Part shown: piece by piece, positions 56,391-64,000 of the stretch | How the letters are laid out: the number at the start of each line of letters is the position of its first letter | Numbering within the stretch: position 1 is the stretch's first letter | Assembly: GCA_965216755.1 (NCBI GenBank) | Contig: CBDCGL010000011.1 | Location: forward strand, 704,001-768,000 | Length of the DNA: 64,000 nt | Reading direction: 5' to 3' | DNA from: Alphaproteobacteria bacterium | Lineage (GTDB): Bacteria; Pseudomonadota; Alphaproteobacteria; UBA7887 | Translations under genes and position numbers: made by a program | Notes under the pieces: model-generated | Database searches by the model: none | What the model saw: only the letters and a program-made list of their open reading frames with translations | What the model was told of the DNA's origin: nothing

Positions 56391-56989
56391 ACATGTCCGG
56401 TTTGCGTGCGATCCGAACCGCAGTCGCAACTGGCGCCCTTGTGACGATGGCCAATATCGCTGTTGCGGCGCCGGCGAACTACACCATCGACGCTGAACAT
56501 TTCAGTTTTGGCTTCTTAGTGCGTCATATTGGGTTTGCCGACATTCTCGGTATGTTTCTCGAGATGCAGGGCTCGTATACGTTCGATGAAGAGACCATGG
56601 AACTGTCGGATGTGCGTGTCGTCGTCAAGACAGAAAGTGTATTTACAAATCACGAGGCGCGGGACGAACATTTGCGAAGCGCGGATTTCTTCAATAGCGG
56701 CGAATTTCCCGAGATGGTTTTTGTCGGTCAAGGCGCCGAAAAGATCGGCGATCGGTCGGGGAAAGTGGTTGGTGAACTGACTTTGCTTGGTGTCACGCAA
56801 CCGCTGACCTTAGATGTGACATGGAACAAGAGTGGCAATTATCCGTTTGGAGATGGCCACTTTGCCATGGGCATGTCGGCGCGTGGCAAGCTAAGTCGCA
56901 GTGACTTCGGAATGACTTACGCGGTGCAAGGCGATATTGTTGGCGATGAAGTTGAACTGATCTTAGAATTTGAAGGGATCCGCCAATAG
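56387..56989 (+). CDS. YceI family periplasmic lipid/polyisoprenoid-binding protein
   Basis: Signal peptide; YTIDAEH, RDEHLRSADFF, GELTLLGVT, RSDFGM; ATGA overlap with the upstream gene. Confidence 0.93.
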   Translation: MNMSGLRAIRTAVATGALVTMANIAVAAPANYTIDAEHFSFGFLVRHIGFADILGMFLEMQGSYTFDEETMELSDVRVVVKTESVFTNHEARDEHLRSADFFNSGEFPEMVFVGQGAEKIGDRSGKVVGELTLLGVTQPLTLDVTWNKSGNYPFGDGHFAMGMSARGKLSRSDFGMTYAVQGDIVGDEVELILEFEGIRQ

Positions 56990-57034
56990 TGCCTTTCAGA
57001 CCGTAAACCTGGGTATTAAGAGTCGACGCAGGCC

Positions 57035-57922
57035 ATGGATGCATTGGCGCAGTTTGCGCAACAAGTTGTCAGCGGAACTGCCATTGGATGCGTTTATGGC
57101 CTGGTCGCGCTCGGCTTCGTTCTGATCTATAAGGCGACCGAGGTCGTCAATTTCGCCCAAGGCGAATTGATGATGCTGGGTGCCTTTCTGGCTTTTACAT
57201 TCATCGTCATTTTCGGTCTGAATTTCTGGGTCGGCGCGCTGCTGGCAATCATCTTGTGCGCCGGCTTTGGCGGATTACTTGATCGAGTCGTCATGCGGCC
57301 GATGGTTGGCCAACCGGTATTCGCGATCGTCATGGTGACTATTGGCATCGGTTTTCTGATGCGCAGCGTCGCCAGTATGATTCCGGGGTGGGGAGTCGAC
57401 ACGCATCTGATCGAAACACCCTTTTACAACAAGGTCGTCAATTTTGGTGCGTTGGTGATCAGCCAAGACCACATGGCCGTGATCATCATGACCGCGGTTC
57501 TGTCGTTGGTTTTATTCGGGTTCTTCCGCTATACGCGCTTGGGCGTTGCCATGCAGGCATCGTCGCAAAACCAATTAGCTGCCTATTATATGGGTATACC
57601 TGTAAAATCGGTCTTTTCTATGATCTGGGCGATTAGCGCAGGCGTCGCAGCATTTGCCGGGCTTTTGCTGGCGCCAATCGCGTTTGTTCACGTGAACATG
57701 GGATTCATTGGCATCAAGGCGTTCCCTGCGGCTGTACTAGGGGGCTTCGGGAGCATTCCGGGTGCGCTGATTGGCGGTTTGATCATTGGGATTGTTGAGG
57801 CTTTGGCCGGATTCTACTTGCCCGAGGGATTCAAAGATGTTGCGGCGTACGTGGTTCTGCTTGCGGTTTTGGTAATTCGCCCCGAGGGATTGTTTGGCGA
57901 ATCGATGCGCAAGAAGGTTTGA
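57035..57922 (+). CDS. livH: Branched-chain amino acid-type ABC transporter permease
   Basis: YGLVALGFVLIYKATEVVNFAQGE, KAFPAAVLGGFGS, RPEGLFG. Confidence 0.9.
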   Translation: MDALAQFAQQVVSGTAIGCVYGLVALGFVLIYKATEVVNFAQGELMMLGAFLAFTFIVIFGLNFWVGALLAIILCAGFGGLLDRVVMRPMVGQPVFAIVMVTIGIGFLMRSVASMIPGWGVDTHLIETPFYNKVVNFGALVISQDHMAVIIMTAVLSLVLFGFFRYTRLGVAMQASSQNQLAAYYMGIPVKSVFSMIWAISAGVAAFAGLLLAPIAFVHVNMGFIGIKAFPAAVLGGFGSIPGALIGGLIIGIVEALAGFYLPEGFKDVAAYVVLLAVLVIRPEGLFGESMRKKV

Positions 57923-57923
57923 C

Positions 57924-59000
57924 ATGCGCTTTATCTTCAAGACCGACTATGACCAGGACATTCGGATATTCAAGGATACCCGCGCTGTGTTGTGGTATGG
58001 GTTATTGATTGTTTTCCTTTTGTTGGCGCCCTGGGTCATGGACGAATATTTTTTGTCTCAGCTGACCTTTGTGTGCATCTATGCTATTGCCGGCATCGGT
58101 TTGATGTTGCTGTCCGGCTTTACCGGTCAAATTTCTCTTGGCCATGCAGCGTTTCTTGCCACTGGCGCATATACAGAAGCCATTTTGCTTTCCCACGGCG
58201 TGCCGTTCTTGCTGTCTCTTCCGGCATCCGCGGTGGTGGCCGCGCTATTGGGCATTGTAATTGGCCTACCGGCGTTGCGACTTGCCGGCATTTATTTGGC
58301 CATGGCGACGCTGGCCTTTGCCTTCATCGTCGAAGAAGTTCTCGCCCGGTGGGAATCACTGACAGGTGGCAATGTTGGTTTGTTGGTGGACTCAGTTGCG
58401 ATCGGCCCGGTGACGTTCGATGAGGAATGGCGGCTCTACTATTTGTGCCTATTTCTTGTGGCGCTGGTCCTGCTGGCGGCAATCAACATCTTGCGTTCGT
58501 CGACCGGCCGCGCGATGACGGCAATTCGCGACAGCGAAATTGCTGCCCAGAGTATGGGTGTGAACCTTGCCAAGTATAAGACGATCGCCTTCGCGCTCAG
58601 TGCGGCGTTCACCGGCGTTGCTGGCGCGCTGTATGCGCATCGCCTGCAATATATCAGCCCAGAGCAGTTTACGATTCTGGTGTCCATCGAACTGCTCTTA
58701 CTTGTCGTTGTCGGCGGCCTTGGTTCACTGCACGGTGCGATTTTTGGCGCCATATTCATCATCGTTTTGCCACAAGCCATCGTTGTGGTTAAAGCGTGGT
58801 TGCCAACCGCCGTCGCGGAGCAGACAGGGCTTGATGCGGGGCTTTTCGGCTTGATTATCATCCTCTTTATGCTTTACGAGCCGCTTGGTCTGTACGGCCG
58901 TTGGGTGAAGATCAAGAGCTATTTTGATCGGTTCCCCCTCTACAAAAAGGACACATTCAAGCGGCAGAAATCCTATCTGCGGACCGAGCGGCTACGATGA
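57924..59000 (+). CDS. livM: Branched-chain amino acid-type ABC transporter permease
   Basis: GQISLGHAAF, YLAMATLAF, GRAMTAIRDSEIAA, VGGLGSLHG. Confidence 0.9.
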   Translation: MRFIFKTDYDQDIRIFKDTRAVLWYGLLIVFLLLAPWVMDEYFLSQLTFVCIYAIAGIGLMLLSGFTGQISLGHAAFLATGAYTEAILLSHGVPFLLSLPASAVVAALLGIVIGLPALRLAGIYLAMATLAFAFIVEEVLARWESLTGGNVGLLVDSVAIGPVTFDEEWRLYYLCLFLVALVLLAAINILRSSTGRAMTAIRDSEIAAQSMGVNLAKYKTIAFALSAAFTGVAGALYAHRLQYISPEQFTILVSIELLLLVVVGGLGSLHGAIFGAIFIIVLPQAIVVVKAWLPTAVAEQTGLDAGLFGLIIILFMLYEPLGLYGRWVKIKSYFDRFPLYKKDTFKRQKSYLRTERLR

Positions 59001-59758
59001 GCCTGCTACAGGTTGACGGGTTGTCGATGCATTTCGGCGGCGTGCGCGCGGTCGACGATGTGAGTTTTCACGTCGATGCCGGCGAAATTTTCACAATCAT
59101 TGGGCCCAACGGAGCCGGCAAAACAACGATTTTCAATCTGATCAGCCGCATCTATGACCCGACCGCGGGCATTCTACGGTTCGATGGACAAGAATTCACG
59201 CATGTCCCTCCGGCCGATATCGCGGCGATGGGGATCGCGCGAACGTTCCAGAATATTGAGCTATTTGAAAACGGCTCGGTGCTTGGGAACTTGCTGTTGG
59301 GGCGCCATGCTCAAGCGACCAAGAACGTATTTGCCGAAATGTTGTTCTTGCCCACGGTACGGGCCCGCGAACATGCCCACCGCCACAAGGTTGAAGAGAT
59401 CATCGATTTCCTGGATTTGGAACCCTATCGCGATGGCCGCATTGGTGGGCTCGCCTATGGGATTCGCAAGGTCGTCGAGCTGGGGCGCGCGCTGGCAACC
59501 GAGCCGCGCCTGTTGTTGCTCGATGAACCATCTTCGGGACTCAATGTCGAAGAGACCGACGACATGGCGTTTTGGATTCGCGATATCAAAGAAGATCTGG
59601 GCATTACCGTGTTGATGGTGGAGCACGATATGAACTTGGTCGGCCGCGTGTCCGACCGCGTCTTGGCGCTAAATTACGGTCGCCTGATTGCGCAGGGCAC
59701 GCCGGACGAAGTTCAGGCACATCCCGAAGTCATTGAAGCGTATCTGGGCGCGGAATAA
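58997..59758 (+). CDS. livG: ABC transporter ATP-binding protein
   Basis: GPNGAGKTT, ARTFQN, LLLDEP, VEHDM, AYLG. Confidence 0.92.
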   Translation: MSLLQVDGLSMHFGGVRAVDDVSFHVDAGEIFTIIGPNGAGKTTIFNLISRIYDPTAGILRFDGQEFTHVPPADIAAMGIARTFQNIELFENGSVLGNLLLGRHAQATKNVFAEMLFLPTVRAREHAHRHKVEEIIDFLDLEPYRDGRIGGLAYGIRKVVELGRALATEPRLLLLDEPSSGLNVEETDDMAFWIRDIKEDLGITVLMVEHDMNLVGRVSDRVLALNYGRLIAQGTPDEVQAHPEVIEAYLGAE

Positions 59759-60528
59759 TGGCAAGCCAGCTGTCCGTCCGGAATCTTGAAACCTTTTACG
59801 GGCCGATTATGGCGATACGGGGCGTGAGCCTGGACGTGACGCAAGGTGCCATCGTGACGGTTTTGGGCGCGAACGGGGCCGGCAAATCAACATTGCTGCG
59901 CACGATTTCGGGTGTTGTCGATCCGCAAAAAGGCACAGTAAGTTTCGAAGGGCAAGACATCCACGGAGTCAATCCCGATCGCATTGTCGCGTCGGGAATC
60001 GGGCACGTGCCCGAGGGGAGAGAGGTTTTTCCTTACTTGACGGTCAGAGAGAACCTTATCATGGGCGCATATCTGCGCCGCGATCGCGCCGCCATTGATC
60101 AAGATCTCGACCGGGTGTTCGGCTACTTCCCGGTATTGCGGGAACGCGCGCGCCAGCAGGCCGGGCAATTGTCCGGCGGCGAGCAACAAATGTTGGCGAT
60201 CAGCCGGGCCTTGATGGGGCGGCCGAAAATGCTTCTGCTCGACGAACCGTCGCTCGGCTTGAGCCCGCGCCTGGTTAAAGAAATATTCGACATTGTGCGG
60301 CGCATCAATCAAGAACAAGACATTACGATCCTGTTGGTCGAACAAAATGCGCACATGGCTTTGAATGTTGCGGATTATGGCTATGTGCTTGAAGTTGGAC
60401 GGATCGTTATGGAGGATAGCTGCGATCGACTACGCGAGAAGGAAGACATTAAGGAGTTTTACTTAGGCATGAAGGACAGCGGTGTGCGTGGCGAGCGTCG
60501 ATGGAAAAAGAAAAAGCTTTGGCGCTGA
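59758..60528 (+). CDS. livF: ABC transporter ATP-binding protein
   Basis: GANGAGKST, VPEGR, LSGGEQQMLA, LLDEPSLGL, VEQN. Confidence 0.92.
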   Translation: MASQLSVRNLETFYGPIMAIRGVSLDVTQGAIVTVLGANGAGKSTLLRTISGVVDPQKGTVSFEGQDIHGVNPDRIVASGIGHVPEGREVFPYLTVRENLIMGAYLRRDRAAIDQDLDRVFGYFPVLRERARQQAGQLSGGEQQMLAISRALMGRPKMLLLDEPSLGLSPRLVKEIFDIVRRINQEQDITILLVEQNAHMALNVADYGYVLEVGRIVMEDSCDRLREKEDIKEFYLGMKDSGVRGERRWKKKKLWR

Positions 60529-62342
60529 CTGATTTGCCCCGTCAAGACACGATACCGACGCTGTTTTGGACATTGGTCCACGAACGCGGCGGAAAGGTGG
60601 CGCTGCGCGAGAAGGATCTTGGGATATGGCGCGCCATTTCCTGGACCGCGTTTGGCGACGCGGTGCGCAAGGTTGCCATGGGGCTGGTGTCACTCGACCT
60701 AGCGCCCGGCGACATGACCTGCATCTTGAGCAACAATCTGCCGGAGTGGGTCTATGCCGATCTTGGAGCATTGTGTGCGGGTGCCGTATCGGTTGGCATT
60801 TATCCGACCGACTCGACTGATCAGGTCGAATACATCCTCAATGATTGTCATGCGAAAGTTTTGTTCGTTGAGGACGAAGAGCAACTTGACAAAGCCCTGG
60901 CGGTCAGGGACAGCACGCCCGGCATGCGTCACATCGTCGTCTTCGACATGGAAGGATTGCGCGGTTTCAGCGATCCGATGGTGATGAGCTTCGAGGAACT
61001 GTGCGAACGGGGGCAGGTCTATGACCGCGACCACCCGGGTGTTTTCGAACAGCGTGTGGTCGGGCCCAACAAGGACGACTTGGCGGTTCTGGTCTATACG
61101 TCAGGCACGACCGGGCCGCCAAAAGGGGCCATGTTAAGCCACGATAACATCGTGTTTTCAGTCACAGAATGTCAGAAGTTCATGCCCTTCTCAGAAGATG
61201 ATGAGCGATTGTCATTTTTGCCGTTGTGCCACGTTGCCGAACGTGTCATCGGCCTTTATTGGTCACTTGCCAGCGGTGCGGTCTGCAACTTCGCGGAGAG
61301 CGTGGAGACGGTTGCGGAAAACGTGTGTGAAGTTCAACCTACGGTCATGCTGGCGGTGCCGCGCATTTGGGAGAAGTTCTACTCGGCGATCACCATTACG
61401 ATGTCTGAGGCAACACCACTTGCCCGTTGGGCCTATGGCAAAGCCATGAGTCTAGGCGAGCAAATGGTTGCCTATAAATTGGACCAAAGGCCGGCACCGC
61501 TAGCGTTGCGTTTTCGCTATTGGCTGGCGTCTCAATTGGTTCTGGGCAACATTCGGCGGGCGATGGGACTTGATCGGGCACGTTGGTTGATCTCGGGTGC
61601 CGCGCCGATCTCGCCAGATCTGATTCGCTGGTACCTGGCGCTCGGCCTCGACATGGGCGAGGGGTACGGGCAGACGGAGAGCTCTGGCTTCGCGACGTTG
61701 ATGCCATGGGACAATTTGAAACCCGGTACGATCGGACAGCCGGCACCGTTCAACGACATCAAGATCTCGCCGGAGAATGAGATCCTGATACGGGGCAGGA
61801 ATGTCTTTATGGGCTACTACAACAATTCCGAGAAGACCGCCGAAACTATACGTGATGGATGGTTGCATACGGGCGATATTGGTTCGATCGACAATGAAGG
61901 CTTCGTGCGCATCACCGATCGTATGAAGGACATTATCATCACCGCGGGCGGCAAGAATGTCACGCCATCGGAAATCGAGAACCAGCTGAAATTTAGCCCC
62001 TACATCTCGGATGCGGTTGTTATCGGGGATCGGCGCAAATACTTGACCTGTCTAGTTATGATCGATCACGACAATGTCGTGAAGTTTGCGCAGGACCATA
62101 ATGTGCCCTTTACCAATTTCGCCAGTCTCACCAGGGCGACAGCGGTGATTGACTTGATCGGACAGGAAGTCGAGGCGGTAAACGCAAAGTTCGCGCGTGT
62201 CGAGACGATCAAGCAGTTTCGGCTGATCGGCCAGATGCTGGATCCGGAAGATGACGAATTGACGCCAACGATGAAACTGAAGCGGAAATTCGTGAATGAA
62301 AAATATGGCACCTTGATTGATGGCATGTACGCCGGCGCATAA
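60519..62342 (+). CDS. Long-chain fatty acid-CoA ligase (AMP-forming)
   Basis: YTSGTTGPPKG, FLPLCH, EGYGQTE, GWLHTGD, DRMKDIIITAGGKN, LTPTMKLKR. Start TTG 60519 or ATG 60501. Confidence 0.93.
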   Translation: MALTDLPRQDTIPTLFWTLVHERGGKVALREKDLGIWRAISWTAFGDAVRKVAMGLVSLDLAPGDMTCILSNNLPEWVYADLGALCAGAVSVGIYPTDSTDQVEYILNDCHAKVLFVEDEEQLDKALAVRDSTPGMRHIVVFDMEGLRGFSDPMVMSFEELCERGQVYDRDHPGVFEQRVVGPNKDDLAVLVYTSGTTGPPKGAMLSHDNIVFSVTECQKFMPFSEDDERLSFLPLCHVAERVIGLYWSLASGAVCNFAESVETVAENVCEVQPTVMLAVPRIWEKFYSAITITMSEATPLARWAYGKAMSLGEQMVAYKLDQRPAPLALRFRYWLASQLVLGNIRRAMGLDRARWLISGAAPISPDLIRWYLALGLDMGEGYGQTESSGFATLMPWDNLKPGTIGQPAPFNDIKISPENEILIRGRNVFMGYYNNSEKTAETIRDGWLHTGDIGSIDNEGFVRITDRMKDIIITAGGKNVTPSEIENQLKFSPYISDAVVIGDRRKYLTCLVMIDHDNVVKFAQDHNVPFTNFASLTRATAVIDLIGQEVEAVNAKFARVETIKQFRLIGQMLDPEDDELTPTMKLKRKFVNEKYGTLIDGMYAGA

Positions 62343-62362
62343 GACGTACGAGGGAGTAGGAG

Positions 62363-63544
62363 ATGGTAACCAATATGTTCAAATACATTGCGCCGGTGGT
62401 GGCCGCCGCTCTGGTTGCGACATCGACCAGCGGACTTGCCGACGATCCGCAGGGTGTGACCGGCACCGAGGTGGTCATTGGATCTCACCAAGACCTAAGT
62501 GGGCCCATCACATTTTGGGGTGTGCCCGTCAAGAACGGCATGATGATGGCGGCGGAAGAGATCAATGCGGCTGGAGGGGTCCACGGCCGCACCCTCAAAC
62601 TGCTCATTGAGGATTCGGGTTACGACCCGAAGAAAGCCGTCCTAGCGACTCAGAAGTTGCTGACCCGCGATGAAATATTTGTCATGGCCGGCGCCATGGG
62701 GACGCCAACCGTGCTCGCGTCCATGCCGTTGGTACTCAAGAAAGGCCTGCCACACATTTTCCCTTTGACCGCCGCTGAGCAAACCTACGAGCCCTTCAAT
62801 CCGCTGACGTTCGCCATGTTCACGCCCTATTACCATTCGATGCGCGCGGGAACGAAATACATGATTGAAACGTTCGACAAAAAGCGCCCGTGCGCGATGC
62901 ATCAAGACGACGAGTTTGGCTTGAACAACTTGCGCGGTGTCGAGCAGCAGCTGGACGAAATGGGCATGGAACTGGTCTCCGTGACCAGCTACAAGCGCGG
63001 CGCGACCGACTTTTCCAGCCAGATTGCGCGCATGCGTGGCGACGATTGTGACGTTGTCTTTCTGGCGACCATAATCCGTGAAACCGTCGGCGCCATGGCG
63101 GAAGCACGCAAACTGGGCTGGAATGTCGATTTCCTTACCGGACAAGCCGGTTTTGCACCCGAGGTCGCGCTTCTTGGCAAAGACGTCGTCGAAGGGTTGT
63201 ACGGGGTCGGACAAACCCCGATCCCATATCGTGACACGGCGGATGAGGCGGTTGGCACTTGGATGGATCGCTACAAGGACATGTTTGGCAGCGAGGCCAA
63301 TATTCAAGCTGTTGCCGGTTACAATGTTGTGATGCTAACCGCCGAGGGGTTACAGAATGCGGGCCCCGCTCTGACAGTCGAGGCATTTGTTGCCGGGCTC
63401 GAACAGATCAATGGCTACGAAGATATTTTCGGCAGTGCACCGGTGACCTTCAGCAGCGACAACCATCTTGGCAATACACGCGTATTCGTGAGCCAGATAC
63501 GGGATGGCCGTTGGGAACGCCTTACCGAGCCTCTGCTATTCTGA
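62363..63544 (+). CDS. ABC transporter substrate-binding protein (LivJ/LivK-like)
   Basis: Signal peptide; QGVT, DLSGP, INAAGGVHGR, EDSGYDP, DFSSQ. Confidence 0.92.
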   Translation: MVTNMFKYIAPVVAAALVATSTSGLADDPQGVTGTEVVIGSHQDLSGPITFWGVPVKNGMMMAAEEINAAGGVHGRTLKLLIEDSGYDPKKAVLATQKLLTRDEIFVMAGAMGTPTVLASMPLVLKKGLPHIFPLTAAEQTYEPFNPLTFAMFTPYYHSMRAGTKYMIETFDKKRPCAMHQDDEFGLNNLRGVEQQLDEMGMELVSVTSYKRGATDFSSQIARMRGDDCDVVFLATIIRETVGAMAEARKLGWNVDFLTGQAGFAPEVALLGKDVVEGLYGVGQTPIPYRDTADEAVGTWMDRYKDMFGSEANIQAVAGYNVVMLTAEGLQNAGPALTVEAFVAGLEQINGYEDIFGSAPVTFSSDNHLGNTRVFVSQIRDGRWERLTEPLLF

Positions 63545-63577
63545 GGGACCTGGGTTCTATTCTGAGGGACCAGGGTT
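63536..63577 (+). repeat. 21-bp tandem duplication spanning the substrate-binding gene stop
   Basis: CTATTCTGAGGGACCTGGGTT followed directly by CTATTCTGAGGGACCAGGGTT (20/21 identical). Confidence 0.85.
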
Positions 63578-63624
63578 CGCGGAAAACGCGATTCAGGCTA
63601 AAACGGAAGCGGGAACGATGCAGG

Positions 63625-64000
63625 TTAATAGCTAACCCGCTTCCAAGCGCCGGTGCCGTAACGGCCGCTCATCACAAGGGTCTTGGAATCGGGCACCGTG
63701 TATGTGCCCTCGTCTTGCCAGTTCGGCCCGCGCATCGACCACGTGCCACCAATGGTCGTGAACTTGCCACTATGTGGGCCGAAGATTGGGTTATCGCTAG
63801 TGAAATTGTAGGTGCTATCCTGGTTGACGACCAGTTGAAATCGGGCCCGTACGTCTTCGAACGGCACGTACATCTCCCACACGCCAACCACATCCGGGTC
63901 GATCGCGGCGGCCGGCGGATCGTTCTTGATCGCGACTTTGTCCACGGTGTCCGTTACGTTTGCTGAGCCGGATTTTTTCAGCTGCTCAACCTTGATTTGT
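63625..64000 (-). CDS. Hypothetical protein, C-terminal part (small beta-rich domain)
   Basis: Frame is open from the window end (QIKVEQLKKS...) through DVVGVWEM...GTYT...GTGAWKRVSY; the 5' end lies outside the window. Confidence 0.65.
   Translation of the reverse strand, partial: QIKVEQLKKSGSANVTDTVDKVAIKNDPPAAAIDPDVVGVWEMYVPFEDVRARFQLVVNQDSTYNFTSDNPIFGPHSGKFTTIGGTWSMRGPNWQDEGTYTVPDSKTLVMSGRYGTGAWKRVSY

Noticed and set aside
1-64000. CRISPR array, tRNA/rRNA, prophage, IS transposase or anti-phage defence genes
   Set aside because: No regularly spaced repeats, tRNA-like T-loop/acceptor patterns, or integrase, transposase, RT or nuclease motifs were seen by eye; a tool-based scan could still find small elements.

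Overview
GC-rich chromosomal segment that looks alphaproteobacterial (inferred from gene families such as DUF2852, DUF4402 and the SPOR type, and from a CIR/RIME-like repeat). It holds about 55 CDSs. I saw no rRNA, tRNA, CRISPR array, integrase or transposase. In order: a tadE-tadG-diguanylate cyclase operon preceded by tandem TGTGA-N6-TCACA boxes; a TetR-linked hydantoinase A/B plus CoxMSL-type molybdenum hydroxylase unit with two matching operators; DUF2852; a chaperone-usher-like pilus locus with five DUF4402-like subunits and an usher fused to a SPOR domain; a ~300-nt strongly structured, pseudoknot-capable intergenic region followed by a palindromic repeat; an IorAB-like molybdoenzyme in one operon with a non-canonical soxXYZA (no soxB); a di-heme DHOR protein; SorAB-like sulfite dehydrogenase; assorted catabolic enzymes; a GT41 glycosyltransferase; a PTPS-IV/RibD/creatininase/glycosyltransferase/CDP-alcohol phosphotransferase cluster joined to an NdvB-like glucan synthase and an LtaS/OpgB-like transferase; and a liv-type ABC transporter with an embedded acyl-CoA ligase. 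The best candidates for undescribed systems are the PTPS-IV/glucan-decoration cluster, the DUF4402 pilus with SPOR-usher, the structured RNA, and the Ior-Sox operon. All calls come from reading motifs by eye; no database searches or folding programs were run.
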